Assembly: GCA_041664925.1 (NCBI GenBank)
Contig: JBAYJV010000002.1
Location: 8,302 to 72,301, forward strand
Direction of reading: 5' to 3'
Origin: Minisyncoccota bacterium
Lineage (GTDB): Bacteria > Patescibacteriota > Minisyncoccia > JBAYJV01
DNA: 64,000 nucleotides
In this document: positions 1 through 10,348 of the stretch, piece after piece
Layout: the number at the start of each line of letters is the position of its first letter
Position numbering within the stretch: position 1 is the stretch's first letter
The notes under the pieces: model-generated
The model's input: only the letters and a program-made list of their open reading frames with translations
Database searches by the model: none
Told to the model about the DNA's origin: nothing
Program-made: the position numbers and the translations under genes

Positions 1-159
1 CTCATTCACAGCAAAGATGACAAAGTTGTTTCGTTTAAAGATTTTGAAAAATACAAAAAAGATCTGCCCATGGCAGAAACTATGATTTTTGAAGATCGAG
101 GCCATTTTGATCAACCCGAATTTCCTGAAGTTGTTGGGAAAATTAAAGAAATAGTTTAA
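1..159 (+). CDS. alpha/beta hydrolase (YdeN/RBBP9-like), C-terminal fragment
   Basis: Manual translation LIHSKDDKVVSF...FEDRGHFDQPEFPEV; HSxDD and GHF catalytic motifs; truncated by window start. Confidence 0.7.
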   Translation, partial: LIHSKDDKVVSFKDFEKYKKDLPMAETMIFEDRGHFDQPEFPEVVGKIKEIV

Positions 160-161
160 AA

Positions 162-785
162 ATGAACATAAAAATCGCTCTTTCAATTCTCTCATCTGTA
201 ATAGGAATTGTAGCTTTCCTTCCGTACATCTCTGATGTAATTAAAAAAAAGACGCGACCACATATATTTACATGGTTGATTTCTTCTATTACTCAAGGAA
301 CGGCAACTGCCGGCATTTGGTATGGAAAAGGAGGAACAGGGGCGATAGCTTTAACGATTGGAACTTTTTTTGTAATATTAGTATTCTTTTTATCTCTTCG
401 TAATGGGAAAAAAGACATAGCTCGCATAGACATCGCCTTTCTTGCTATTGCTCTTGGTGCTATCTTTATTTGGTGGTTATTGGATTTACCAGTATTATCT
501 ATTTTTTTAGTGACTGGCATTAGAATAATTGGATATGTCCCAACATTCAGAAAGTCATATAAAAATCCTTGGATTGAAACGATTTTTGCTTGGGGAACTT
601 GGGCTATTGGCGATATTTTGATAATTCTTGCCTTAGAACAATATAATTTATTGACTCTAGCATTTGTTTCTATGCTTACTATGGTAAATGGAGGAATGTT
701 CATACTTCTTTTAGTAAGAAGAAAAAAAGTTCCGATTAATCAATCCGAATTTCCTGAAATTGTTGAAAAAATTAAGAAAGTTTAA
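162..785 (+). CDS. hypothetical multi-pass membrane protein
   Basis: 207 aa, about 6 hydrophobic segments. Confidence 0.75.
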   Translation: MNIKIALSILSSVIGIVAFLPYISDVIKKKTRPHIFTWLISSITQGTATAGIWYGKGGTGAIALTIGTFFVILVFFLSLRNGKKDIARIDIAFLAIALGAIFIWWLLDLPVLSIFLVTGIRIIGYVPTFRKSYKNPWIETIFAWGTWAIGDILIILALEQYNLLTLAFVSMLTMVNGGMFILLLVRRKKVPINQSEFPEIVEKIKKV

Positions 786-791
786 AATTTT

Positions 792-1535
792 ATGGAGAAG
801 ATTTTAATTTTCATAGTCTTAGCGGCACTAACCTTTGTCAATGTTATTATACCGATTTCTGGCTCTGCGACGACTACACCATTGCTTGCTATAATAACTG
901 ATCCGCACAACGCAATTGGCTTGGCATCTTTTTATTTTGTTTTAAGTGGAATTGTAAGGATATTCGTTTTTAGGAAACATATTCAATGGAAATATATAAA
1001 GAGTTTATTGCCGATATCTGTTCTGGGGGCGATTTTCGGAGCACTATCACTAGTTGAAATAAATACGAATGTACTCTTGATAATTATCTTGCTGTTTCTT
1101 GTGTATTTTGTTTATAAAAAAATACGCGAGATTATCAATAAAAATATAAAAGAAAAGAAAATACACAAATTGACATTCTGGATTGTTGGATTATTTTCTG
1201 GCTTTCTTCAAGGATTTGGGCTTGCCGGCTCTGATTTAAGAAATGGATACTTATATTCAGAAAAGCTGACGATTATTGATGTTCAAGGCACGACTGCTTT
1301 TATTGGTACCGCTAACTTTCTTATAGCAACTATCGTTAGGCTATTTACCAATCAGGTGAGGCTAGTAGATTTATCAATATTGATATATTTGTTACCGTTT
1401 ATAATAATCGCAACTTACATTGGGAAGAAAGTATTATTAAAGATTAATAAAAAATATACTAATTATCTGATATTGGTAATTATGATTTTAATGATTGTTT
1501 TGTTGGTACTTAAGATGTTAGGAATAAAAGTATAA
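792..1535 (+). CDS. sulfite exporter TauE/SafE family membrane protein
   Basis: About 8 TM segments, two-repeat architecture with GLFSGFLQG motif. Confidence 0.65.
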   Translation: MEKILIFIVLAALTFVNVIIPISGSATTTPLLAIITDPHNAIGLASFYFVLSGIVRIFVFRKHIQWKYIKSLLPISVLGAIFGALSLVEINTNVLLIIILLFLVYFVYKKIREIINKNIKEKKIHKLTFWIVGLFSGFLQGFGLAGSDLRNGYLYSEKLTIIDVQGTTAFIGTANFLIATIVRLFTNQVRLVDLSILIYLLPFIIIATYIGKKVLLKINKKYTNYLILVIMILMIVLLVLKMLGIKV

Positions 1536-1581
1536 ATTGATATATTTACGGAAGTCGGACTTCCGTTACATTAAGAAAAAT

Positions 1582-2418
1582 ATGGCAAAAAATAATAAAA
1601 AACAAATAGCGATTTTTGAAGGCAAGAAAATTAGGCGAATTTGGGATGAAAAAAAAGAACTTTGGTATTTTTCGGTAGTGGATATTGTTGATGCGTTAAA
1701 CGCGAGCAAAAACCCAAGAAATTATTGGAAAGTACTCAAAAACCGCTTAAAACATGAAGGAAGTGAGGTGGTTACAAAATGTAACCAACTGAAAATGCAA
1801 GCCGTTGATGGTAAGTTTTATCTGACCGACTCTGCTGATACAGAAACAATGTTTAGAATTATTCAGTCAATTCCATCACCCAAAGCCGAACCATTTAAGC
1901 TTTGGTTAGCACGAGTTGGTTATGAAAGAATCGAAGAAATAAACGATCCGGAAAGGGCGCTTAATCGCAGTCGAAATTATTGGCAAAGAATGGGACGAAG
2001 TCAAAAATGGATTCAGCAAAGAATGATGGGACAAGAAATCAGAAATAAGCTGACGGATTATTGGAAAGACAACGAAGTTAAGAAACAGGACGAATATGCG
2101 ATTTTAACCAATATTATTCACGAGGAATGGAGTGATTTGTCGGTAAAAGAACATAAAAATTTAAAAAGATTAAAGACAGAAAATTTGCGCGATCATATGA
2201 CAGATGCGGAATTGGTATTTACGGCATTGGCGGAACTTTCTACTCGTCAGATTGCGGAAACCATGGAAACTAGGGGACTGGAAGAGAATAAAATACCAGC
2301 TAAGAAGGGTGGTCGCGTTGCCAAAAATGCGCGCTTGGAATTGGAGCAAAAAACTGGCAAAAAAATAGTTTCAGGAGAAAATTTTAAATTTCCAATTTCA
2401 AGAAAGCGATTACGATAA
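1582..2418 (+). CDS. BRO-N domain (phage antirepressor-like) DNA-binding protein
   Basis: [46 protein letters not shown] motifs; ATG 1582 preferred over 1537, which overlaps a palindrome. Confidence 0.8.
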   Translation: MAKNNKKQIAIFEGKKIRRIWDEKKELWYFSVVDIVDALNASKNPRNYWKVLKNRLKHEGSEVVTKCNQLKMQAVDGKFYLTDSADTETMFRIIQSIPSPKAEPFKLWLARVGYERIEEINDPERALNRSRNYWQRMGRSQKWIQQRMMGQEIRNKLTDYWKDNEVKKQDEYAILTNIIHEEWSDLSVKEHKNLKRLKTENLRDHMTDAELVFTALAELSTRQIAETMETRGLEENKIPAKKGGRVAKNARLELEQKTGKKIVSGENFKFPISRKRLR

Positions 2419-2489
2419 TAAAGAAATCGGAGGCTAAGCCTCAGATTTTACATAACTGGCGTGAAGATTTTAAGGAAAATAAAAGAATT

Positions 2490-2921
2490 ATGAAAATATT
2501 ATTTGTTTGTAGAGGAAATGTTGGAAGAAGCCAAATAGCGGAAGCGCTTTTTAATAAAGAAACTAATGGCGAAATTGAAGCTATTTCTGCGGGAACAAAA
2601 CTTAGCGGACCAGAACAGCCAATCGGAAAAATTACAGCAGATGTTAAAAATGTGTTTGAGGTAATGAAAGAAGATGGTTTGGATATTTCAAAGAATATTC
2701 GCAAACAACTGACAAAAGAAATGGCCGATAGCGCAGATAAAATAATTTTTACTGTGGACGAAAGAGATCCGATTCCTGATTATTTAATTGGAAATCCGAA
2801 AGTTATAAAATGGCATGTTATAGATCCAAAGGGCCAATCTCTTGAATTCACCCGAAAATCAAGAGATCAAATAAAAGAACTTATTAAAGATTTGATTAAG
2901 GATATAAATAGAAATTTATAA
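2490..2921 (+). CDS. low-molecular-weight phosphatase / ArsC-like protein
   Basis: ILFVCRGNVGRSQIAEA P-loop, SAGT, W..DP motifs. Confidence 0.85.
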   Translation: MKILFVCRGNVGRSQIAEALFNKETNGEIEAISAGTKLSGPEQPIGKITADVKNVFEVMKEDGLDISKNIRKQLTKEMADSADKIIFTVDERDPIPDYLIGNPKVIKWHVIDPKGQSLEFTRKSRDQIKELIKDLIKDINRNL

Positions 2922-2944
2922 TAGAATCTTAGAAAAGGAAAAAA

Positions 2945-4234
2945 ATGTCATCTAACTACAATGCAAAATTAATAGCTGATCTTTATGCAACTAGCGATTG
3001 GAAAAGGGCAATCCGTCTTTCTGATGAAATGGTTGAGATTGGCGATAATATATTCCCAAGACAGATATACGAAGCCTACAAAAAATTCCAGAATACTACG
3101 ATTTCTCATTATTTCGTGTCTGACCTTACAAGCTTTAAAACTAGCGATGCTATCGAAATATTGAAAGAAATAGCGCATAAAACCAGCAGATCAGCCGATA
3201 TTTCTATGATGGTGGACTATTTTATTGATATCGGATATTTTGAGTCAGAGATTGTCGTCAAGGTAAAAAACTTATTTCGTGCAGACATGAACTCAAAAGA
3301 TATTCGAGGATATGACATAGAAACATATTCTGCTTATCTCAAAAAAGCAGACAAAGAGACGAGTAATCTGGAATTATTTTTACGGGAATGTTTTGAGGAT
3401 GAAGAACAAGAAATTGATGCAAGGAAAACAGCGCTCGAAGAACTTTTAAAGTTAAAACCAAAAGAATATATTAATTTTTATTACGATAAATACGATTCTA
3501 TTAAGGGAAAGAAAACGGAAAATATTTTTGTAGAACAAATTTCTACCTGGCACGGAGGAATTGTACCCAAACTTCATCAGAAAATACTCGAAATCGGATC
3601 TGAAAGAGCTAAAGAAATATTACAGAATGAACAATCTAGAATAAAAAAAGAAAAACAATCTGAAGAGATGAAAGAACAAGAGGAAATAAAGAGGCAGTAC
3701 GAAACCGCAGACGTGCTTCACGATATAGGAAAATTAAGATTAAACATAAATAAAACTAGTATTGCTGACGAGAGATTTGGGTTCTCTTTTTTCTCACAAT
3801 CAGAAGAAATTTATCAACAAGTGAAACCGGCAAAGACCAAAAATGAATTCGTTGGTTGTTGTATTGTATTACGATCTTTTCTTAATGATTTTGATAAGCA
3901 AATTACAGAATTAAAAATTTCTGAAGAAAGGGGCAAAGAAATATTGCCCAACATAGAGAAATTTAGTGGAAACATAAACAAATTTCATTTTATGCTTAAA
4001 GAAAAAGGCTTAAATATTGACCAAGATATTTTTGGTCTCAGAAACATAAATTGCATTGTTTCAAAATTCGCTCATCCTGGTAAAAAAACTAATCTTGAAA
4101 TTAATAAGATTCTTAAAAAAGAAGTCTTATTGTTTAAGTATTATAAAGAAAATAACTGGTCAGCGCTGCACAGGGAGGTTTTGTTAAAATACAAAAAAGT
4201 ATTAGAGGAATTAATGAAGGTCATGGCAATGTAA
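2945..4234 (+). CDS. hypothetical alpha-helical protein
   Basis: 429 aa ORF, charged and helical, no motif recognised. Confidence 0.7.
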   Translation: MSSNYNAKLIADLYATSDWKRAIRLSDEMVEIGDNIFPRQIYEAYKKFQNTTISHYFVSDLTSFKTSDAIEILKEIAHKTSRSADISMMVDYFIDIGYFESEIVVKVKNLFRADMNSKDIRGYDIETYSAYLKKADKETSNLELFLRECFEDEEQEIDARKTALEELLKLKPKEYINFYYDKYDSIKGKKTENIFVEQISTWHGGIVPKLHQKILEIGSERAKEILQNEQSRIKKEKQSEEMKEQEEIKRQYETADVLHDIGKLRLNINKTSIADERFGFSFFSQSEEIYQQVKPAKTKNEFVGCCIVLRSFLNDFDKQITELKISEERGKEILPNIEKFSGNINKFHFMLKEKGLNIDQDIFGLRNINCIVSKFAHPGKKTNLEINKILKKEVLLFKYYKENNWSALHREVLLKYKKVLEELMKVMAM

Positions 4235-4271
4235 CTAATAATTTTATGCCATTGTTTTAGGATTCAAGTTT

Positions 4272-4823
4272 ATGACTCTAAAAAACATTATTGAAAAGAG
4301 GAGGAGTGTTAGGAAATTTAAAGCGGATGAGAAAGTTCCGAAAGATTTGATTAATGAATTGATTGATGCTGCTCGGTTGGCACCGTCAGCTTGCAATGCC
4401 CAACCTTCCAGATTTATTTTAATCGAAGACGACAAAACAAAAGAATTACTCAAGGAAAATAACATTTTCAGGCAAGCGTTTGTTTATGAAGCACCGTTAA
4501 TTATTGTTTGTCTTGGCGATGCGAGCGTGTTTCCCAAAGAAAGATTAGAGAAAAATTATGGCAGTTTTGATGAAGAAGTTTTGGGAGATGTGGGGGCAAT
4601 CAGAGATGTGGCTATCGCCACGCAAAATTTGGTTTTAATGGCGACAGAATTGGGATTGGGAACTTGTTATATTGGACTCGTAGATCGAAAGAAAATAAAA
4701 GAAATCTTGGAAATTCCTCAAAACTATGTTTTGCCATTTGTGATTATCACGGGCTATCCGGCCGAAGAACCTAAATCCTCGCCAAGAAAAAGCGTAAAAG
4801 AAGTTATTATTAAAAATTTATGA
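4272..4823 (+). CDS. nitroreductase family protein
   Basis: RRSVRKF, APSACNAQP, LGLGTCYIG motifs. Confidence 0.9.
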   Translation: MTLKNIIEKRRSVRKFKADEKVPKDLINELIDAARLAPSACNAQPSRFILIEDDKTKELLKENNIFRQAFVYEAPLIIVCLGDASVFPKERLEKNYGSFDEEVLGDVGAIRDVAIATQNLVLMATELGLGTCYIGLVDRKKIKEILEIPQNYVLPFVIITGYPAEEPKSSPRKSVKEVIIKNL

Positions 4824-5518
4824 AAATATTTATTACCGGCAGTTCCGGTTATATCGGAAGCGAATTAATTAATTATTTAGGCGAGAAGCACGAAATCATT
4901 GAATATGACTTGGCTTTGAGACAAGACATTTTGGATTATGAAAAATTAAAAGAAGCGATGAAAGGTTGCGATATTGTAGTTCATTTGGCTGCTATTCGCG
5001 GACCTGACGAAACCAAAACATTTTCCGATTATTTTAAAGTTAATTGCCAAGGCACTTTTAATGTTGTAAACGCTGCGATTGAAAATAATATAAGAAGAAT
5101 GGTTTATGCCAGCTCAACCGGTTATTATGGACTAGAAAGAGGCGTGCCTTATATAAAGCCGATTAAAGAATCAAATTCTATCATCACTCAACATCTTAAA
5201 GCTGAGGATTTAAATTGCCGAGATTGCGATGTTGCCTATTCAACGAGCAAAGTTATTGCCGAACAAATTCTTGCCAATTATGGGTTAAGAAAGAAAATAG
5301 AAGTGATAATTTTAAGATTAGGTCCGATTGGAGGGAAAAAGGGCGAAAGTTGGGGAATTGATGGAATTAAATTAAAAATGGGGAATGCTTTGCAGGCTCT
5401 TGAAGAAGCGATTACGACCGATAAAAAATTATGGTACGAGGCGTTTACGATTACCGATGAATCAGAAAATGTTGATCTTACTAAAGCTAAAGATATTTTA
5501 GGATACAAGCCAGTTTAA
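4820..5518 (+). CDS. NAD-dependent epimerase/dehydratase
   Basis: ITGSSGYIG Rossmann motif, VHLAA, YSTSK (YxxxK). Confidence 0.9.
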   Translation: MKIFITGSSGYIGSELINYLGEKHEIIEYDLALRQDILDYEKLKEAMKGCDIVVHLAAIRGPDETKTFSDYFKVNCQGTFNVVNAAIENNIRRMVYASSTGYYGLERGVPYIKPIKESNSIITQHLKAEDLNCRDCDVAYSTSKVIAEQILANYGLRKKIEVIILRLGPIGGKKGESWGIDGIKLKMGNALQALEEAITTDKKLWYEAFTITDESENVDLTKAKDILGYKPV

Positions 5519-5534
5519 AAATTTATCGAAGTAA

Positions 5535-5589
5535 AAATTTATCGAAGTCGGACTTCGATAAATTTGGCTGTTGAGGTCTGACCTCAACA
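5535..5589. repeat. REP-like palindrome family A (core GARG-N5-CYTC, variable perfect arms)
   Basis: Two copies here; others at about 1548, 2424, 6372, 7365, 7871, 13723, 14243, 20979, 21051, 21130, 44220, with looser variants at 15669, 35623, 42904. Confidence 0.85.
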
Positions 5590-5715
5590 CTATAAGAAAA
5601 AGCGTAAAAGAGATTATTATTAAAAATTAATGTGCGGAGGTTCGTTCTTCGCACTTTTTATTTTTATAATATTTTTTTGTGGTAAAATAGAATATTAACT
5701 TGGTAATTTAAAAAT

Positions 5716-6321
5716 ATGTTTTTAACGAATAATAGTTTTTTCCATTTCCTTTTTTTTCTTATAGTTGCAATAGCAATTCTGATTTTGATAGCGCTGAAAT
5801 TATTGGTATTTTTTAAAATATCGAAACGATTTGACAAAACAATTCTTTTTAAAAAGATAGCAATATTTTTCTTTTTATATGAGGCATTATATTTTCTTTT
5901 CGTTTTAATCTATCCAACAGATATAAATTTTATCTTTAATCATTCTTCCGCCACAGTTCTTCTTTCTTCAATACCACTAATCCTTGTGTCATGCTTATTT
6001 TTCTTTTTAATCAATCGCTTTATGAAATTATTCAATCTCAAAAAAGCAATTGCAGTTTTTCTTTTAATGTTTTTTATCGCTACCCCTATTCTTTCTGTGG
6101 TCATTGGAAAAATTGCTACGACAATAAATTTTAAAATAGCAACAGGACATAATTTATCTTTAAGCGATGGGTCGTCTCTTTTTATTTTAGATCCATTGTT
6201 ATACCCTCCTTTCGGATCCTATCAAACTACTGCTCTTATAATTAGAAAAATTGGAGATAGCTTGGGAGAAGGCGCTGTAATTAAGGACATACTAATGGGT
6301 ATTTTTGCTAGTACGGAGTGA
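5716..6321 (+). CDS. hypothetical membrane protein
   Basis: 201 aa, 4 TM segments; upstream TGGTAAAAT extended -10. Confidence 0.7.
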   Translation: MFLTNNSFFHFLFFLIVAIAILILIALKLLVFFKISKRFDKTILFKKIAIFFFLYEALYFLFVLIYPTDINFIFNHSSATVLLSSIPLILVSCLFFFLINRFMKLFNLKKAIAVFLLMFFIATPILSVVIGKIATTINFKIATGHNLSLSDGSSLFILDPLLYPPFGSYQTTALIIRKIGDSLGEGAVIKDILMGIFASTE

Positions 6322-6445
6322 TATCTGAAACAATAGAGGCAGACTTGGGACTTTTTTGTATATTTATACAAAATTTACGGAGGACGGACCTCCGTAAATT
6401 AAAAAAATCTCCCGCAACTTTATGCGGGAGTGATTTTCTATATTT

Positions 6446-7228
6446 CTAAGTACTAGTAAGAGCTTGAGAGAACATTTGAGAAGCTCTAATAACGTAGGTT
6501 TTCGTTGCTTCTATGTCGAGATCATATTCGGCATTGCGAAGGCGTCCCTGAGCATCAATGCTCAACTCAGGGAATTCTTCGACAAGTGGTTGGACAAGAC
6601 CAAGGGAATCAGGTCCTAGTCCGCCAGCGACGCCAAGACCAATATGCCAGTTTTGCCTTTTGATCTCACGAAGGATTTCACGCGCTCGTTCAGTGTCAAA
6701 GGGCTTACCGAGACCGCCACTTGGATCGAGCAAAATATCATTAATGAGATTAGCGTCAATGTAAGGACTAAGCCTTTCTACGATGCCCTGTGGCCCGCCA
6801 GCGGTTTCAATAGCTTTTTGTCCAATCTGCAACACAATTCGTGGAACAAATCCAACGTATTCTCGATACTGTTTCATCATTCGAATATCTGGCCATGCAA
6901 GATTGAGCTGGAAACCACCAAAATTTGATCCGGCAAGTCCTCCAATACCAAGTAAATCAGCGAGAACTGAATCTTCTCGACCTTCTTCGGTGCTGAAATG
7001 AACAAGATTTACTACTCGTTTGTCGGCTAGAAAAATAGGATTCATTACTGGCGGATCTGGCATTTGCTTTGCCCATTGGGGTTTTGTATTAATGCCACGG
7101 ATTGATTTCCATGTAACAAGCACGCCGACCATCAATTTGCGATTACCGTTTTCTGGCAATACGCTCAGCGCAGCCCTCACTTCGCTTGGTTTTGTGATGC
7201 CCGTGATCCCAATGTACGGTTTTCTCAT
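6446..7228 (-). CDS. TIM-barrel protein, phosphoribosylanthranilate isomerase-like fold
   Basis: YIGITGIT N-terminus, LLDPSGGLG, VAGGLGPD, SIDAQG phosphate-binding motifs; own promoter, SD and terminator. Confidence 0.6.
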   Translation of the reverse strand: MRKPYIGITGITKPSEVRAALSVLPENGNRKLMVGVLVTWKSIRGINTKPQWAKQMPDPPVMNPIFLADKRVVNLVHFSTEEGREDSVLADLLGIGGLAGSNFGGFQLNLAWPDIRMMKQYREYVGFVPRIVLQIGQKAIETAGGPQGIVERLSPYIDANLINDILLDPSGGLGKPFDTERAREILREIKRQNWHIGLGVAGGLGPDSLGLVQPLVEEFPELSIDAQGRLRNAEYDLDIEATKTYVIRASQMFSQALTST

Positions 7229-7453
7229 TTATCCTCCCTTAGAGATTTTTAACGAACTTTAGTGAGTTTAAAAGCTCTTAGGTCCCGGTTTGCCGGGACT
7301 GTATTTTTATTTATTTTTTAAGAACTGTTTTTATCCTAACAAATTATTGCAAAAAGTCAAGGACATATGTGGGAGGCTCAGCCTCCCACATATTTTTGTT
7401 GACATTTATGATATTGGATGGTAGGATTTAGAAAGGAAGAAGTCCCGATAGGC

Positions 7454-7473
7454 CCTGCCTACCGGCAGGCAGG
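7454..7473. repeat. palindromic repeat family B (CCTGCCTACCGGCAGGCAGG)
   Basis: Copies or variants at about 7521, 24232, 27074, 31108, 31988, 32157, 38472, 50722. Confidence 0.9.
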
Positions 7474-7610
7474 CGGGAGAAGATTGGGCTTTGGGGGGAG
7501 CAGGGTCCGCCTTCGCAATGCCTGCCTATCGGCAGACAGGGCTTCGGCGGGACTTAAGATTTCTTAAGTCTCATCGAGTTCGACAAAGAAATCTAAAGGA
7601 GGATGATAGA

Positions 7611-7859
7611 ATGTTCGAGATGGTTTTTGTCATGTGGCTACAGTTAGCACTTGGTCTTTATGTATTGGGATGGATGTTTTATGTTATCTTAAGATTGGTT
7701 GGCGCTATTGCGCCTTGTCCTAGCCTTGGAATAGTGAATGACCTCGTATTGTTTTCTGCGTTGTCACTTTCAATTCTCTTAGTAGTTCTTTCTTTAATTT
7801 GGTGCAGAATCATAGAGCCCATAATTGAATGGCGCGATAGAAAAAAGCATCAATACTAA
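7611..7859 (+). CDS. small 2-TM orphan protein
   Basis: ATG 7611 follows AAAGGAGG; the 7491 extension is translated repeat DNA. Confidence 0.65.
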   Translation: MFEMVFVMWLQLALGLYVLGWMFYVILRLVGAIAPCPSLGIVNDLVLFSALSLSILLVVLSLIWCRIIEPIIEWRDRKKHQY

Positions 7860-7976
7860 GCCTAGTCAATATATGTTGGAGGTGAGACCTCCAACATATT
7901 TTATTCTATTCTTGACTTTTTTTGGAAAAATAGTAGGATAAGGGAAGGAGGAAGTCCTTCGACTTTGCTCAGGACC

Positions 7977-8024
7977 TAAGAGCTTTTAAGCTCACAAAAG
8001 TTCGCTAAAAATCTCTAAGGGAGG
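7977..8024 (+). promoter_or_regulatory. conserved hairpin-SD leader (type copy; 9 copies in window)
   Basis: TAAGAGCTTTTAAGCTCACAAAAGTTCGCTAAAAATCTCTAAGGGAGG; near-identical copy at 7232-7281 on the minus strand. Confidence 0.75.
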
Positions 8025-8029
8025 GCTGT

Positions 8030-8449
8030 ATGGCGCGAGGAGTGAAGTGGTTCGGATTGACTCAGTTCGACGAAGTCATTGAGAAAAAAGATTTGGGAAA
8101 ACTTAGCATTGTTGCTTTAGCTGAAGGAAGAAAGATATTAGGAAGAAGCATACAAGGTTCTAATGTGTTTGGTATCCCAGTTGATAAGGATAACGTCATA
8201 TTTAGGTACATGAAGGGTGAAAAATTCGATGTTGTTATTCGGTACAGACGAGTTATTCGACAAGTTAGGTTAGTGGCACATGATCGTCTTAGTCTCTTTA
8301 GCGTTAGAAGCATGGCTCTAAAAGCACTTGGCAAGTCTTCTGAAATACTGGTTTTAGTCTTAGAAGATGATCAAGGAAGACGCATTTACATCAATTCTAA
8401 GTTTGCTATGTTATTTAGGCCATTACCTTCCGAAAAGAAAGCGAAATAG
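8030..8449 (+). CDS. hypothetical orphan protein
   Basis: SD AAGGGAGG, promoter near 7912-7939, terminator 8464-8496. Confidence 0.7.
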   Translation: MARGVKWFGLTQFDEVIEKKDLGKLSIVALAEGRKILGRSIQGSNVFGIPVDKDNVIFRYMKGEKFDVVIRYRRVIRQVRLVAHDRLSLFSVRSMALKALGKSSEILVLVLEDDQGRRIYINSKFAMLFRPLPSEKKAK

Positions 8450-8687
8450 TTTTCAAGCAAATCAAGACTCGGCACAGACGCCGGGTCTTTTTTTTTATTG
8501 TTAATGTAATCCTCCTACGCTCCAACTAGCCGGAGCTTCGGAAGGATGTAAAACTTTCTAAAACTCAATCAATTCGTTAAGAAAGTTTAACAAACACTTG
8601 ATTTTTGGATTGGAATGTGGTATAATGGATAGTGAAAGAGAGAGTTAGGGTTTTCATTCAAAAGTACTCAACCAACAAGGAGGAAAC

Positions 8688-9434
8688 GTGAGGAGGAAAA
8701 AAAGAACGGCGAAGTATTCAGGAAGTTGCGTCTATGTGGCGCCCGGCTTCGTTGTGAGGCTGAGCGGCACATTTGGGATAGCAGATCATGAGCCTTTCAA
8801 GGTTCTTGAAGTCGTCCGTCGGTATGGTGCCGTCGACAAGGGGAAGACGCGCCAGCGGCCAGTACTTCGCCTTCGCGGTCTCGAGACTGGCAAGCTTGAA
8901 TCTTGCGACAACGGATTCGTTGTCGAAGTGCTTGAGCGCCAGACGCTTCCCGTCGGACTTCCGGAGAACTATTTCCGGAATCTGGGCTACGAATGGGACA
9001 CATTCTACGAGAAGAAAGGAAGAGGTGTTTGGACCGGCAACCTGGGCTATATGATCGCTGTGGTCATGGCGACGCTTCCCATGCATCTTCCGCGACCGAC
9101 TTGCGACATCGAGCGCCTCTGTGATCTCTACATGAAGCAAAAGGCGGGATTCATCGAAGTCCCCGACTTTGGGGATTTGGAAGATCTCTTGGATGATCCG
9201 CGCGTGACGGTTCACGCGAAACCGTTCCGTGAGTGGGTCAGGAAGAACGCTTCCCGATTCATGGTGACGGTGGCGGAGCTGGAAGAAAGGGCGACGAAGA
9301 GAGAAACCGAGAGCAAAACAAGATTCCAAGAGGATTATTGGAATGGCCTCGAGGCAGACGAGAGGCTGATCGAAGAGAAGTTTCCTGAGGAGGGAAACGA
9401 AGCAGTGATTCCGAGCTGTCCGATAGGAGGATAG
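8688..9434 (+). CDS. hypothetical protein, GC-rich relative to flanks
   Basis: SD AAGGAGG, TTGATT-17-TATAAT promoter, terminator 9444-9476. Confidence 0.7.
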   Translation: MRRKKRTAKYSGSCVYVAPGFVVRLSGTFGIADHEPFKVLEVVRRYGAVDKGKTRQRPVLRLRGLETGKLESCDNGFVVEVLERQTLPVGLPENYFRNLGYEWDTFYEKKGRGVWTGNLGYMIAVVMATLPMHLPRPTCDIERLCDLYMKQKAGFIEVPDFGDLEDLLDDPRVTVHAKPFREWVRKNASRFMVTVAELEERATKRETESKTRFQEDYWNGLEADERLIEEKFPEEGNEAVIPSCPIGG

Positions 9435-9802
9435 CTTGGATCGCCCCGGCAGAACAGTCTGTCGGGGTCTTTTTTTATATTATAATTCTATGGCTCACAC
9501 TCGGAATTTAGAAGCTAGAAGTTGGAATTATGAAAAATCTCAAATAACAAATTTCAAATATCAAATCAAATCCAAATGATTTAATGATAAATAGGAATTA
9601 AGGACAATTTCAAACGAATTCGATGGCCATCCTACGTTAAAACTTCGGAATGGCAAGCTCACATCTTATGGCTCACGCTATGGCTCATTTCTTCCATTTG
9701 AGCCATAGACTCTATGGCTCATTTCGGCTTATCGTCAGGCGGGCCGGCTTGAAATATAGGCAGAATTTTGCGGATATTTATAGAAAATGATAAAATGGCA
9801 AC

Positions 9803-10324
9803 ATGCAAAAGAAATTAAACAATTACGCTTTTATTGATAGTCAAAATCTCAATCTTGGCATCAGGAAGTTGAAATGGAGGCTGGATTTTAGGAAGTTTAG
9901 GGTATATTTAAAAGAAAAATATGGCGTAACGAAGGCATATCTTTTTATTGGCTATATGCCAGAGAATAAGGATATGTACAGCTCTCTTAAGGATGACGGG
10001 TATGCGCTGATTTTTAAGCCAATATTAAAAAATAAAGAAGGTGTTGTAAAAGGAAATATTGATGCCGATTTGGTTTTGCAGGCGATGGTTGATTATAAAA
10101 AATATGATAAAGCAGTTATTATAACAAGCGATGGCGATTTTTACTGTTTGGTAAAATATTTATACAATAACAAAAAATTGGAAAGCGTAATAAGTCCGGC
10201 TCGAAGAAATTGCTCGGTGTTGCTCACAAAAGAAGCAAAAGAAAAAATTGCTTTTATGGATAATTTGCAGAAGAAATTGGCGTATGGAAAAACAAAAAGA
10301 CACCGCAGAAGGACGGAACCTTAA
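9803..10324 (+). CDS. NYN domain (LabA/DUF88, PIN-like) ribonuclease
   Basis: FIDSQN, KGNIDADL, TSDGDF acidic motifs. Confidence 0.9.
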   Translation: MQKKLNNYAFIDSQNLNLGIRKLKWRLDFRKFRVYLKEKYGVTKAYLFIGYMPENKDMYSSLKDDGYALIFKPILKNKEGVVKGNIDADLVLQAMVDYKKYDKAVIITSDGDFYCLVKYLYNNKKLESVISPARRNCSVLLTKEAKEKIAFMDNLQKKLAYGKTKRHRRRTEP

Positions 10325-10348
10325 GAGGTGTCTTTTTATCGTGATTCT
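10288..10348 (-). ncRNA. candidate antisense small RNA overlapping the NYN gene 3' end
   Basis: Minus-strand TTGACA(10377-82)-16-TATACT(10355-60); stem AAAAAGACACC/GGTGTCTTTTT with inner AAGG/CCTT; U-rich end. Confidence 0.55.

Noticed and set aside
1582-2418. Prophage suggested by the BRO-N protein and orphan genes
   Set aside because: No integrase, terminase, capsid or replication genes; orphans are interleaved with core genes.
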